This document shows, piece by piece, positions 26,578 to 41,194 of a stretch of 64,000 nt of DNA. The position numbers were made by a program, and so were the translations under genes. The DNA is from Basidiobolus meristosporus CBS 931.73 (lineage: Eukaryota > Fungi > Basidiobolomycota). Numbering within the stretch: position 1 is the stretch's first letter; each line of letters opens with the position of its first letter. The DNA lies in NCBI GenBank assembly GCA_002104905.1, contig MCFE01000324.1, positions 30,910 through 94,909 on the forward strand, given 5' to 3'. The notes beneath the pieces were generated by a model, which saw nothing but the letters and a program-made list of their open reading frames with translations, was not told the DNA's origin and did not search any database.

Positions 26578-27620
26578 TACAGCACCACTTGACTCTATGA
26601 TAATCTATTAGATCCTCGTTCACCACCAACTACATTACCCACATAAATTTGCTTGAAACTGGGATAGGGGGATGGCTTGCCAGTGCTTTCCTAATGCTTC
26701 TCTATTGCTTCCACCCTCTGGACAGCTGCCGTGCTTGCTGCTTAAATGAACGTATATGGGTGGGTCATTCAACATATTGGGCAATTAATGATTCGAGCAC
26801 CCATTTAGAACCTGAAATCACCGAGTCCAGATCATTGGTCCGTATGCATAATGAAACGTATCCCAACATCCATCTATCCTTGTTGCTAAATGGATGAATC
26901 AAGATAAAGAAATATTAATCAATACACTAAACTCACCCTTGCCTTCGACCTCTTTGCCGATTAGTAACTGGCATTAAGCTGTGGCCAATGGGCCTGCCTC
27001 ACTCTTTCACAGAGCACGCCTGATTGGCTGGAAGCTTATCACGCGAGTCTCCTTAACATCAACTCTTTTCCTATTTGAAGCGTGGCTGGAGAAGCTGGGG
27101 GTTTCAGATGGTGTGGCGATTAAGCGACGGAAGTGAACAAATTATCATGCTTTATCGCATTAATGTGGCTTGGTTCATCGTCAAGCTGATACTTGGGCCT
27201 TTATTTGGCGATTGTGTATCACAACGCTGACAACTCTACGCATGGTTGTTGTGGTGGAATTATCTTGGATCTGATTAATCTATGGCTGGTGTTCATCAAC
27301 GACTGGTCTGTTGGATGCACCCTTCCCAAGTAAACTCCACAATTGTTGCGGTTTGATCCGATATGGTATCACCAATCTCCTGATAGCTACAAATCCAATC
27401 CTATCAAGAGATAGCTTCTCAAGCCCCTCAATTTTCGATTGCTGTTATCATCCAAGTGGTGATCCAATGTGCTAATCTCAAGGAATCGTTACACTGGAAA
27501 GACCTTTAAATAGACACGGCTGACTACTCTGAATAGCACTGCCCTTTGCTTTCAAACTTCGATCGGATTGTCGAAAGCCTCTCTGTATAGCCCTTTCGTT
27601 CGTATCACTATAATAAACTA

Positions 27621-30600
27621 ATGTCTGCCAAGGCCATTCGCGAATTCGATGGAAAGCACCTGCTTGCCCACTGGCTGTTGAACTCTCCAGCCCTACCCGG
27701 TGCCTCAGCTACCACTTCCGCTTTTGTTCCACCAGCCACAAAATTGGCCCAGGTTAAGATTGATACTTCCAAAGTTCAAGAAGATGCTGCTACCTTTGCT
27801 GCTCTCGTTGAGGCCACTCTTGATAACATCGAGGCCACTCAACCATGGGTTCTCACCGAGAAGTTGGTTGCCAAGCCCGACCAGTTGATCAAGCGTCGCG
27901 GTAAGAGCGGCCTTTTGTTGCTCAACGCAGATTGGGCTGATGTCAGAAAGTGGATTGTCGAGCATGCTGGCAAGGAAGTAAAGGTGTGTATATTTAGAGC
28001 CGTGTCCATTCGCTGGATTGAGACTAACTAGCTTTAAGGTTGACAGCGTTGAAGGCGTTCTTAAAACCTTCCTTGTCGAGCCATTCATTCCTCACTCCCA
28101 GGACACCGAATACTACATCTGTATTCAATCCGTTCGCGAGGGAGATATCATCCTTTTCCACCACGAAGGTGGTATTGATGTTGGAGATGTTGACTCCAAG
28201 GCCGTCAAATACACTGTGAAGGTCAACGCTGACTTTGCCTCTGCCGAGGAAATCAAGAATAACCTTCTTGTAAACGTCCCCAAGGAGAAGCAAGACGTAT
28301 TGGTTGACTTCATCACCCGTCTCTACTCTGTCTACGTTGACCTTCATTTCACCTACCTCGAAATCAACCCGCTCGTTGTTGTCGATGGTCAGGATGGTAA
28401 GCCCCCTCAGGTTTACTACTTGGATCTCGCCGCCAAGCTTGATCAGACTGGTGAGTTTGAGGCCGGTTCTAAGTGGGCCATTGCTCGCAAAGGAACTGGG
28501 GAGAGCGAACAACAAAACATCGATCAAGGCCCACCAATGGAATTCCCCGCTCCTTTCGGCCGTGATCTCACCAAAGAAGAAGCATACATCCAGGAATTGG
28601 ACGCCAAGACTGGTGCCAGCTTGAAATTGACCATCCTCAACAAGGACGGTCGCATCTGGACCATGGTTGCTGGTGGTGGTGCCTCTGTAGTGTACAGTGA
28701 TGCCATTGCCGCCCTTGGCTATGCCAACGAGCTTGCCAACTACGGTGAATATTCTGGTGCTCCAACTGAGACCCAAACCTACGAATACGCCAAAACCATC
28801 TTGGATTTGATGACCCGTGGTGCTGAGCCTCATCCTGAAGGCAAGGTCCTCATCATCGGTGGAGGTATTGCCAACTTCACCAATGTAGCCACCACATTCA
28901 AGGGCATCATCCGTGCCCTCAAGGAATTCCAACAAAAGCTGATCTTCCACAATGTCAAGATCTTCATTCGCCGTGCTGGTCCTAATTACCAGGAAGGCCT
29001 TCGTGCTATGCGCGAATTAGGTCAAACTTTGGGTGTGGAGATTAAGGTTTTCGGTCCTGAAACCCATGTTACCGCGATCGTGCCAATGGCCTTGAAGGGA
29101 GTGGATCCCTCGAAGGCATCCACTAAGAGCACCGCCCCTGCAACCCCCAGCCAAGGAGCTTCTGCTCAATCCTCTGCTCTTCCTTCTCCCACCAAGGAGT
29201 CTCCTTCCGCTGCTCAGGAGAATACTAGCTATTTCACCGAGTCAAAATCCGAGGAAAACCCTTGGTACAGACCCTTCTCCAGCACCACCCGTGCCATTAT
29301 CTACGGTCTTCAAACTCGTGCAGTTCAAGGCATGCTCGACTTTGACTTCATCTGTGGCCGTAAAACTCCCTCCGTTGCTGCTATGGTGTATCCATTTGGT
29401 GGCAACCACAACCAGAAATTCTACTGGGGAACGAAGGAGACCCTGGTCCCCGTGTACAAATCTCTTGATGAAGCCATCCACAAGCACGCCGATGTCGATA
29501 CCATCATCAACTTTGCCTCTAGCCGCTCAGTATACTCCTCTACTGTAGAGATTATGGAGTACTCTGAGCAAATCAAGTCCATCTCGATCATTGCTGAGGG
29601 TGTTCCTGAAAGAAGAGCTCGTCAGATCCTGCACTTGGCTGAACAGAAGGGAGTGCTCATCATTGGTCCCGCTACTGTTGGTGGCATCAAACCCGGATGC
29701 TTCAAGATTGGTAACACTGGAGGTATGATGGATAACATTGTTTCCTCCAAACTCTACCGCCCTGGCTCCGTTGGCTATGTTTCCAAGTCTGGAGGTATGT
29801 CCAATGAGCTGAACAACATCATTAGTAGATCCACCAACGGTGTCTACGAGGGCGTTGCTATCGGCGGTGATCGTTATCCAGGATCTACCTTCATTGATCA
29901 CTTGTTGAGATATGAGGCCGATCCTGACTGCAAAATGCTGGTTTTGCTTGGTGAAGTTGGTGGCGTTGAAGAATACAAGGTCGCCGAAGCCGTCAAATCC
30001 GGAAAGATCACCAAACCCGTTGTTGCTTGGTGTATTGGTACTTGTGCTAGCATGTTCCAGACTGAGGTCCAATTCGGACATGCTGGTGCATGTGCTAACT
30101 CTGACGGCGAAACCGCTGATGCTAAAAACAGAGGTCTGCGCGCCGCTGGTGTTATTGTCCCTGACACCTTCGAGGAGCTGCCCTTGGTCTTGAACCAAAC
30201 CTACCAGAAGTTGGTCGACAGCGGAGTTATTGTGCCCGCTGCTGAGCCCGAGCCACCCAAGATCCCCATTGATTACAACTGGGCCATGGAACTTGGATTG
30301 GTGCGTAAGCCTGCCTCCTTCGTGTCTACCATCTGTGATGACCGTGGCCAAGAACTTCTCTATGCCGGTATGAGAATTAGTGAAGTCTTCGAGCAGGATG
30401 TCGGTGTTGGTGGTGTTCTTAGCTTGCTTTGGTTCAAGCGTCGCCTTCCCGATTATGCATCCAAATTCATTGAGATGGTTTTGATGCTGACTGCTGATCA
30501 CGGACCTGCCGTGTCTGGCGCACACAATACCATTGTAACTGCTCGTGCTGGCAAAGACCTTGTCAGCTCATTGGTCTCTGGTTTGTTGACCATTGGTGAT

Positions 30601-31146
30601 AGATTCGGTGGAGCCCTTGACGGTGCTGCCCAAACCTTCTCTAACGCATATGACCAGAACTTGACTCCCCGTGAGTTTGTCGACACCATGCGCAAGCAGA
30701 ACAAGTTGATTTTGGGTATTGGCCACAAGATCAAGTCTCGCAACAACCCTGATTTGCGTGTCACCTTGGTAACTGAGTATGCCAAGAAGCACTTCCCCTC
30801 CACCCCAGTCTTGGATTACGCACTCGCCGTCGAGCAAATCACCACCTCCAAGAAGGACAACCTGATTCTAAACGTTGATGGCGCTATTGGCGTTCTCTTT
30901 GTTGATCTTCTTCGCAACAGCGGTGCATTCTCCCGCGAGGAGGCCGATGAATATGTCCGCATCGGAACCCTTAACGGCCTCTTCGTTCTCGGTAGAAGCA
31001 TTGGTTTCATTGGTCACTACATCGATCAGAAGCGCCTCAAGCAAGGTCTCTACAGACACCCTTGGGATGATATCTCCTATATTCTCCCCGAAAGCGAATC
31101 CGCTCGCGCATTTGTTAGTGCCAAGAAAGTCTCCAAATCATCCTAA
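27621..31146 (+). CDS. ACL1: ATP-citrate lyase, fused single-chain form; one intron near 27963-28038
   Basis: [70 protein letters not shown]. Confidence 0.97.
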
Positions 31147-31749
31147 ATACCACATTCACCATCCAGTTGTGTCTCAATAGTGACGACAGTCTCCAAGCAT
31201 TTATCTTCACATACGCATATTAAATTACCACTTATCACATTCAATCATAACAATTCGATAAATTAAGTCAATCTTTTTGATTAACTCATTTTGTGGGGTG
31301 GATTGCATTGTGAGTAACAAGTGCTTTTGTAGAGGCGTTGAAGGCATCGCATTTCCCGTGCTTTCATCACCGAATGGTTGTCGTGCAGCAGCCACCAAAT
31401 CCCACAATACTTCAAGCCCAGCGGCTACTCCGATAGGTCAACCACTGTAGATCAAGCGAAGCCATTTTACCGTTGCCGGAAGACTTGCTTTTCAGAGAAA
31501 TACTGAGGAGCTGTCCTAGGAGCTGTCCTACCATACTTACTCACACTCAATCAAATCATGTGTCGATTTCTAAATTAAGCTTACCTTAAAGCGAGTCCAC
31601 GTTCACATACGACCATTATAGATAGTAAATTGGGGTCCCAACCGGAATGGGGTGTTGGGTTTCAATGACAGCTAGGTTAGACAAAACTAGCCATCGCCAT
31701 TTCTTTGCCAGGTCACCGCTCTCTATCTTTCGTAACAATACACCCCAAT

Positions 31750-32152
31750 ATGCAGCCTACTTTTGTGAGATTAGCTGTAACTGTACCCAAGAAACACGTC
31801 CCCTTGATCAAGTTCCTGGGGCCTCGCAAGAAGCTTAATTTACAAAACACCTATGGTAGGGAGTCGAAATGTGCCATCACACTCCATTTAGTCTAATCCA
31901 TTATTTACTCTTCCCCCATCTCTAGCTACCCAAAATACCATCTCCAATACCAATAGTGTCTCTCAAAAGGCTGCTGAAAAGAGCAGTGTCACCTACAACG
32001 AACTTCCCGCTCGTTTCAAGAGAATTCCATTAACACCCGAAGAGATCGAAGCAGTCGAGGTACCTATAGATATAAGTTTTAGCGTTATTGATGGAGCAAT
32101 GCCACTGACCATTTTTCGTCGTTAGATGGGTGGAGCTGGATTCGTTTATTGA
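31750..32152 (+). CDS. KGD4: Alpha-ketoglutarate dehydrogenase subunit 4 (KGD4/YMR31/MRPS36 family), three exons
   Basis: Manual splicing: MQPTFVRLAVTVPKKHVPLIKFLGPR ... ELPARFKRIPLTPEEIEAVE-MGGAG. Confidence 0.8.
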
Positions 32153-32689
32153 AGCTTGCGTGTCTTGGGTTAGCATGACATGAGCAATAACACTGTAATT
32201 TACCCTGATTTCCAAACATTGTATGCACTCTACTCACTAAATTATGTGCTCAGCACTAAAGTCCTGATAGTCTTCATTTTATCAATCAAATCCTAATAAT
32301 TGCATTATTCTCGCGTATCCAGTACCATCAGACTGGAAAGTGGATGCTGATAATTATCATCTTCAGTATTCGCGGTGGTAATATAACTTATTTGGGTCCA
32401 AGTTTTAGTGGATACACATGATATTTAAGCCAAGCTGCTGACTTGACGATTATATTGATGTTTAACACGATCTTTTTCTTCGAATAAAACATCCGGAAAT
32501 ATTAAATAGACAAATATTAAGATAATCTGAGGTTTGGAAGATTATGGATCTGTCGAGGTAACTAATTGATCGTGGCGGGGAAGCGATGACGGGTAAGCTA
32601 AAAATTTTACTATAGAACGGGTATTCCGGTTAGCTCACACCACTCAGTTTCCACTTCTTCAAACCACTTTCTTTTGAATAACGTTCAAT

Positions 32690-33800
32690 ATGGCTCAGCA
32701 AGCTGCTAACTTCATGAGAGGCAATGGTAAGTCCCTTTTCACCGGGGCTGGTGCCTTGATTACTTTGGGTGCCCTTGGTTATGGTATCAACGCTTCCTTG
32801 TTCAACGGTAGGTGCTGTTTGATTTTGAGTTGTTGGAGACGCACAACTTAACTCTTTTTACAGTCGATGGTGGTCACAGAGCCGTCAAGTACTCGAGAAT
32901 TTTTGGTGTCCAGAAGGAGATTTACCAAGAAGGTACCCACATCGTTATTCCTTGGTTGGAAACCCCAATCATCTATGATGTCCGTGCCAAGCCCAGAAAC
33001 ATTGCCTCCTTGACCGGTACCAAGGGTAAGTCGTCACGAGTCATGATAATTTCGGACATGTATCCTTAGTCACGCATATTATTCAGATCTTCAAATGGTC
33101 AACATCACTGTTCGTGTCCTCTCCAAGCCTCAACCCGAAGCTTTGGACACTATTTATAGAACCTTGGGCACCGACTACGATGAGAGAGTGTTGCCTTCCA
33201 TTGTTAACGAAGTTTTGAAGAGTGTTGTTGCCCAATTCAACGCTTCCCAGATCATCACTCAGCGTGAGCGTGTCAGTAGACTAGTTCGTGAGAACTTGGT
33301 TCGCCGTGCTCTTCGTTTCAACATTGTGTTGGACGATGTTTCTATCACCCATGTTGCCTTCTCACCCGAGTTCTCCAGCGCCGTTGAAGCCAAGCAAATT
33401 GCCCAGCAGGAGGCCCAAAGAGCTTTCTTCATTGTCGAACGTGCCAAGCAAGACAAGCAATCTACTATCATCAAGGCTGATGGTGAAGCCCGTTCTGCTG
33501 AGCTCATTGGTGAGGCTATCCGCAACAAGCCTGGTTTCATTGCTCTTAGAAAGATTGAAGCTGCTCGCGAGATCGCCCACATCATCGCCAACTCTAACAA
33601 CCGTGTTATGTTGGATGCTGACACACTTTTGCTCAATGTCCAAACCAACATGTAACTATCCTCATTTCTTAAGCAATCAGCTGTTTCGAGTGCTAATTGA
33701 AATTCTTAGTCCTCCCTCCACCACAATTTTCTCCGAAACCTCCGCTCCTGCTCCTGCTCCTGCTGCCGCACCAGTCGAGGTCGCCGTGGATTCCGAGTAG
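32690..33800 (+). CDS. PHB2: Prohibitin-2, multi-exon
   Basis: [70 protein letters not shown]. Confidence 0.95.
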
Positions 33801-34099
33801 ATAATCCAAACATGCATCACTTTACGTAGTAAATTCTTCTATATTAGACTCTACATGCCCCTCCCCAATACCAGTGTCTTATACATTTTTACACAATTAA
33901 ATGGAACATCAGCCCATAACTCAACTCAATATTTCAATTGCTTCCATGATTTGCATTTATTTTAAACAAGAATTAAGCCCATGATCAGATTTTTCTTGCT
34001 GATTTTGCCATTGACACGGGTCTTGGTGCAATAAAAGATTCCGGCCAAAGCAGTAGCAATCTTCCTCTTTCCATTTTCCCGTAGGGATATTCAGTCGAC

Positions 34100-34763
34100 A
34101 TGGTTAGTATTAGTATTTTTCTGGAGTAGATCGGCACTGATTTCAATGGATGAATGCTGCCCACGCTTGGATATTGCAGTTGAGACTCACCACGATTCAT
34201 CTTCCTAGGGTATTGACATCAAGAAACATCACGTAAAGAAGGGCAACAGAACCGAGCCCCGTAGCCAAGATGTCTACCTCAGATTGTTGGTGAAGTTGTA
34301 CAGATTCCTTGCCCGTCGTACCGACGCCAGCTTCAACAAGGTTATCCTCAAGCGTCTCTTTATGTCTCGCATCAACAGACCCCCTCTCTCCATCTCTCGC
34401 TTGGCCCGCTATGTCAAGGGTAAGGAGGGCAAGATCGCCGTTGTTGTTGGTACCATCACCGATGACGAGCGTCTCTTGGAAGTCCCCAAGCTCTCTGTCT
34501 GCGCTCTTCGTGTCACCAAGACCGCTCGTGCCAGAATCTTGAAGGCCGGTGGTGAGATCATCACTTTCGATCAATTGGCTCTTCGTGCCCCTACCGGTGC
34601 CAACACTGTTCTCTTGAGAGGTCCCAAGAACTCTCGTGAGGCCGTCAAGCACTTCGGAGCTGCCGGTGTTCCCAAGAGCCACGCTAAGCCTTATGTTCGC
34701 TCCAAGGGCCGCAAGTTCGAGCGTGCCAGAGGTCGCCGTGCCAGCCGTGGTTACAAGAACTAA
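34100..34763 (+). CDS. RPL18: 60S ribosomal protein eL18; intron directly after the ATG
   Basis: [25 protein letters not shown]..., [15 protein letters not shown]. Confidence 0.97.
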
Positions 34764-35283
34764 ACACGTACACCAGGATTCATGGACTATCTCTCCCATT
34801 CAATCCAACAATAAACTTGCTTATACATCAATCATATCGTTTCATGCTTATAAAGGTGGTTAATTTCGCATTACCCGCTATTTCCCCGCTATTTCCCCTA
34901 ACCCTTAATCACCCTGTGTCCTTAATCATCGTACTTTGAAAGAGTATTAGCTTCGTGATTAACCAAGGTCCTCCAATGCACTCATGTTGAGTCAGAGGAT
35001 CCGATAAGATAAGACAAATGGATCCTACACCAAGAATATGCCAGAAGATCCGTTTATGGTTGAGTAACTTTTGTCCTACACAAAGTTGCCATTTGCTTGA
35101 CGCTCATCTCCAGATTAAAATTTTATCTCTTTTATCAAGACTGATTACGATCACTCTAAGCGCTTCTATTGGTTATCCCGAGCAAGGGTTTTCTCGAGCA
35201 GCATTACAAAAGCTTACTGGAGGCGTAATGGCTCGTCAGTTGCTACAGCAGCCTCATAACACTTCTTTTTGAATACAATCAGC

Positions 35284-37118
35284 ATGGTCCAACAAGGTAT
35301 CCTGTCTACATGACATCGAAACTTCTCCCGTTCCCCACAATTAAACGTTGATTTGTAGCTCTTCTTTCCGTCTATGACAAGACCGACTTGCTTGAGTTAG
35401 CTCGTGCATTTAACGAGCTTGATATCAAGATCCTGGCTTCTGGCGGCACTGCCAAGATGATCAGAGAGGCTGGTCTTCCGGTGAGCGATGTTTCCGATAT
35501 CACCAAGGCCCCGGAAATGTTGGGCGGTCGTGTAAAGACCCTTCATCCCGCTGTTCATGGTGGTATTCTCGCTCGTGACATTGAAAGCGACAATGCCGAC
35601 CTTGCTGCTCAAGGCATCAACAAGATTGATATTGTTGTCTGTAACTTGTACCCATTCAAGAAGACTGTTGCTCGTGAAGGTGTCACTATTCCTGAGGCCG
35701 TTGAGGAGATCGATATCGGTGGTGTCACCCTGTTAAGAGCCGCTGCCAAGAACCATGACCGTGTTTCCATCCTCTCAGACCCCAGTGACTACCCAGCTTT
35801 CATCGAGGAGCTCAAGGCCTCCACTGGTGAACGTAAAACCGTCGCCGCCGAGACCCGCCAGAAACTTGCTTTGAAGGCGTTCAATCACACTGCTGATTAT
35901 GATGATGCCATCTCCAACTACTTCCGTCAGGAGTACGGCAAGGGTGAATCCCAGATGACCCTCCGCTATGGTGCCAACCCTCACCAAAAGCCTGCCCAAG
36001 TCTTCAACAAAGACGGGAAGCTACCCATTGAGGTCCTGTCTGGCTCTCCAGGCTACATCAACCTTCTTGATGCCCTTAACTCTTGGCCATTGGTCAAGGA
36101 GCTGAAGGCTGCTCTCGGCCTGCCCGCTGCTGCCTCTTTTAAGCATGTTTCTCCCGCTGGCGCCGCTGTTGGACAGCCATTGACCGATGTTGAGAAGAAG
36201 GTGTACATGGTAGAGGGCATGGAGCTTACTCCGTTGGCCAGTGCGTATGCTCGTGCCAGAGGTGCCGACAGAATGTCCTCTTTCGGCGATTGGATTGCCC
36301 TCTCTGATAAGTGTGACGTTGCTACTGCCAAAATCATCTCCAGAGAGGTCTCTGATGGTGTTATTGCCCCTGACTACGAGCCTGAAGCTTTGGAGATTCT
36401 TCGCAAGAAGAAGTCTGGCAAATACACTGTCTTGAAGATGGATCCTGCTTACGAGCCATCGGACATTGAAACCCGCCAAGTATACGGACTTCATCTTCAA
36501 CAACGCCGCAACGATATCCAAATCGAGAAATCCCTCTTCGACAACATTGTCTCCAAAAACCAACAACTTCCCGAAAGCGCCGTCACAGATTTGATTGTCG
36601 CCACCATTGCTCTCAAGTACACTCAATCCAACTCCGTATGCTATGCCAAGAACGGTATGGTTGTTGGTCTAGGAGCTGGTCAGCAATCCAGAATCCATTG
36701 CACCAGACTCGCTGGTGACAAGGCTGATAACTGGTGGCTCCGTCATCACCCCAAGATCTTGGCCTTCGATTTCAAGAAAGAAGTCAAGCGTGCCGATAAA
36801 TCCAATGCTATTGATCTGTACATCTTGGATAAAATTGGGGAAGGTGCTGAGCGCACCGCTTGGGAATCCATGTTCAACACTGTTCCTGAGCCATTGAGCG
36901 CTGAAGAACGCAAGGCCCATGCCGACTCACTTACCGGAGTCTCCATCTCATCCGACGCCTTCTTCCCCTTCTCTGATAACGTGCACCGTGCCCGCCAAAC
37001 CGGGGTTCAATACATCGCTGCTCCCAGCGGCAGTATTCAAGACAAGGTGGTCATTGAAGCAGCCGACAACTACGACATGGTTCTGTGCCACACCAATCTT
37101 CGTCTCTTCCATCATTAA
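35284..37118 (+). CDS. ADE16: Bifunctional AICAR transformylase/IMP cyclohydrolase (ATIC/PurH)
   Basis: [56 protein letters not shown]. Confidence 0.97.
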
Positions 37119-37586
37119 ATTCAGTACATAGACATTGCTAAACACCACTGATAGCACCAGCTCATTCTACATCGCACCTCTTGTAAATTCTTTTATAAAG
37201 AAACAATAAAATCATTGATCGATTACCTCAGGATTAGCATAACTTCCATCTTATTTTTAGGGATCAATCATTATTTTGTTTCCATCTGGGGATCAGTCAT
37301 TATTTTGTTTCCATCTGAGCAATTGATTTAGATGTTATGCCATCAATGTTTAGCAAATCGAAAAATGGAATCACGACCCCACCCACGAAATCGGAATCCA
37401 AATCGAATTCAAAATTTCGCTTGCTGAATAGCGAAGTGATTGAGGATTGAGATTTGTTTGGAATCAAAATTACGTGATTGGAATGGTTGACGCGTTCCAA
37501 TTTCAAATCAGCACGCGGTGTCGGAATATATATAAGAGTCCGAGTGCGCTTCCGGTCCATCATCAATTTGTAAAATCCAAATCATC

Positions 37587-37928
37587 ATGGCTCCTAAAGA
37601 CGTTCCCAGCTCCGACAAGAAGGAAACCAAGCAAAAGAAGGCCTCCCGCAAGGAGACCTACGCATCTTACATTTACAAGGTCTTGAAGCAAGTCCACCCC
37701 GATACCGGTATCTCCAACAAAGCCATGTCCATCATGAACTCTTTCGTCGTTGATATCTTCGAGCGCGTCGCCGAAGAGGCTTCCAAACTCGCCGCTTACA
37801 ACAAGAAGAGCACCATCTCTTCTCGCGAAATTCAAACCGCCGTTAGACTGTTGCTCCCTGGTGAATTGGCCAAGCACGCTGTTTCCGAAGGTACCAAGGC
37901 AGTGACCAAATACACTTCTGCCAAATAA
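37587..37928 (+). CDS. HTB1: Histone H2B
   Basis: [20 protein letters not shown]...[21 protein letters not shown]; TATA at ~37529. Confidence 0.97.
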   Translation: MAPKDVPSSDKKETKQKKASRKETYASYIYKVLKQVHPDTGISNKAMSIMNSFVVDIFERVAEEASKLAAYNKKSTISSREIQTAVRLLLPGELAKHAVSEGTKAVTKYTSAK

Positions 37929-38056
37929 GCTCCTTCAATTTTCTTGTTACATCCAATTACACTCTGTACGATAATTTAGTTATTTTGTTAATAAAGAATT
38001 TCTCAAGGGAACGTGATGAGGGTTATTTTGTTCTATTCATTGATACTAGTACAGTA

Positions 38057-39861
38057 TTACTGATTCTTGATTTTCTTGGTTTTGGAGAACATGCGTAGCC
38101 CAATGTAGAGGCCTACGGAAATGACAATCACGATGGTCAGAAGATTGACGATCCAGACCACGCGGAAGATGAGATGGTCGTAGTATGGACAGTCCGAGAA
38201 ATGATAGTCCCAAGCTGCATCGAAGTTAGCCTTAATCTAGCATAAAGCGCTCAAAATCACTTACCACCGGTCGATGTCTCGAATATTTCTAGCAACCCGA
38301 GATTGCCGCCGTAGTCGCCCATGATCGATCGAATAGTGAATTCCAATGTGGCGTTTCTTTCAATATTCTCTAGGTACTCTGAACGACTATACGGAAGCGC
38401 GACGAAGGTAAAGCCTGAGGCGATTGAGAAGTCAGGAACCCCATCGTCCTCAAGCTGCTGTTCATGATCCACATATGTTTGTTCGTCTATGTCACAAAAG
38501 TCTTTGAAAACACGCCCAATGCTACGGTCTGCATTGGCGCACTTTTCGTCTGATTTCTGGGTGAATTCTGTTTCTTGTGATTGAGTAGCGACAATCTCAG
38601 TTTCGAGTGGATTTTCTTTTGTTTCACTGTCACTTGGCAATGAGTCAACAATATGAATGGTTGCACATCCATGATGATCGTGCCCAGTTACAATGATACG
38701 CGGCTTCAGCTGAGTCAGAATATAGGTGCTTGCTTCTATTGACAACATATTCTGCTCAACGATATAGCCGAATCTATGTGCTTTAGTTTAGTATACGTTC
38801 GATTTCTGCAAGCTAGATAGGCACACTTACCCATCAGTTCGTGTCATAGGCTTGTCTACGCACCACTGCACTTCTTTGTGGAGTGGCACATGGGTCAATA
38901 AGATTAGAGGAATCGGGTTCTTCTCCTGTTCGTCTATTACTGATTTAAGGAAGGTCCATGTTTCTCGGCGTAGGTCCTGGCGTAGGCATGAGTGGAGTTG
39001 CCCTCAAAGTACCTGATGTAGTACACAGCATACCTTGTCTGCAGTGGAGTCCAAGTTCATGGAGTTGAGGATAACCACTCGGTGATGCTCGACGCCCTCC
39101 TTGTCGTACAAGAAAAACCAGTAGTTTACCTCTCCAAATGCTCGCGCGAACCTGTCAACACGGCGCCGAGTCATGTCCGAGCCATAACCAATATCATGAT
39201 TTCCCGGCAAATAGATCGTCTTATATTTGTCACTCTGCTATAATCGCATTCAGGTGAGCAGTTGAGGGAAGAGGAGAAATTTTAGAAGATATAATCGAGT
39301 GGTCAGTGGTTGTGTGGACAACTTTAGCCAAACTATTCTTTAGTTAAAAAGAAGTGAGCGATTTCACCAGTTGTGGCTCACCTCAGGAAACATCTTCTGG
39401 AATCTCTCTACTCGCTTCTCGAACTCGACATCATCGATCCACTGACTGGAGAATAAATCACCAAGTATGACCGAGTAAGTAGGCTGCAGCCGTTCAATCG
39501 CTCTACCATAAATAAATCCAAGGTATTTGGAATTAACCCACAAGTCTAATGCGCCTATTCGATGGGCAAAGTACTGTATTTAACCCAGGTTCATTGTGAA
39601 AAATACTATCCCGCACGCTTACCAGTGTATGGCTCTCTGTTAATTTTCGCGTCACCTTCGATCTGTGGGTCTCCCACTAATAGAAATTTGTAGTCGGATG
39701 CTTGGAGTGCAGTGTTAGACGGTTATCCTTCTATTCACTGAGCTTACCATCGGCTTACCCCCACTCCAATGGCATTTCGGGACATTGAAGAATAAGTACT
39801 TATTTATGGTAAGCAGCGAGAGCAAAAACAAAAGCACAACAGAGTAAACTGGTTTGTTCAT
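38057..39861 (-). CDS. TED1: Metallophosphoesterase of GPI-anchor remodelling (Ted1/Cdc1/MPPE1 family), multi-exon
   Basis: N-terminal TM; GDPQIEG, GDLFSSQWI, PGNHDIG, HVPLHK, TGHDHHGC; C-terminal TM followed by a KxKxx ER-retrieval tail (KKIKNQ*). Confidence 0.8.
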
Positions 39862-40219
39862 CTCCCTGGTAAAGGCAATATATTTACTATACAGATATGC
39901 TGCTGGAACAAGATCGCTTGCTCACCTACACCCGTTGATACTCTTAAGGAGAGTCCATTAGTTATACTAGCAGGGATACAAATATTTACATTCACCAATT
40001 TGTCAAAAAAGGGTAAATTGATTGGAGATTGTGCCATCATGTTCGGCACTAAAATCTTTTCAATCGTCAAGAATGACTATTCACATCTTGCTGGTTTGCC
40101 TGAACGTGTTGTGGAGCTGAAATATGCCAAAATATAGAAACACCAAGCAAGCAGCGATAAAATATTTATTTAACTGGAGTACATCAATAAAGCAACCTTA
40201 TTCTACAAAGTTTCACCGT

Positions 40220-41194
40220 TTAGCCTTCCCAATGAACTAGTGAATCAACAATAAGTAAGGCGAGGCTTCAACACATGTAATGGGATAAAATGCCTACCAG
40301 GAAGTTGGTCTCCAGGGACAAAGATACGCTCCACACCCTCCTCTGTGATAATAGCCATTCTGATAACACCACCGGAGGAACCATCTCTTGACATTGCGAG
40401 CGAGACAGCTATTGATGTCAGTTCAACATTGGTTAATATTATCTCTTATCTGGGTGACAAAATCTTCAACTTACCATTGCGCACAAACTCGAGACACTCG
40501 TCCTTGGTCATACCTCTTTTGTAGACGGAGTCACAATAACCGTAAATGTAGGTAGAGCCAGAACCTATTACATATATTTGTTAGATTGGGGGTATCGCTT
40601 GAAAAGCCTGTTTTGCAAATAGATACCTCCGATGGCAAAGGGCTCACGGTGCAACGAGCCTCCAAGGGGAATGTTGTATACACAACCGCCATCCTTCTTA
40701 TCCCAACCACCAACAATGATACCTGCCATTAACGCATCCTTATTTGTATAGCATAATTCCTGGAACAAAGAGGCGGCTGCTCGAGTGGTTGGTGCTTCAC
40801 CATGTTGCACGCTGCGATGTTGAGAGTAATGAATATGAATGGTAATCTCAAATACAAGCTCAGGAGACAATGCTTACGAATACATCTGAAGATAGTAATG
40901 TACTATGTCAGCTACAGCTTGGGTATCAGCAGCACTGCCGGAACGACAGCACCAAATTCTGTCGTGAACGGGTGTCAACTTGTCTGTGACTCTATTGGCA
41001 ATATAAGAGCCGGTGGTGGTGCGTGAATCAGCTCCAATGATGACACCTTTATCAAACTCCACGGCCATAATGGTGGTCTACAAATAAAAACAGCAATGAG
41101 ATTGGGCTATTGCAACAAATCACACACTTTAGCACATAATCGAGCCAGAAGAACCTACACCAAGATTAACTTCCCCAGGTTTTAAACTCGCCAT
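40220..41194 (-). CDS. PRE3: 20S proteasome subunit beta1, multi-exon
   Basis: [60 protein letters not shown]. Confidence 0.96.
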
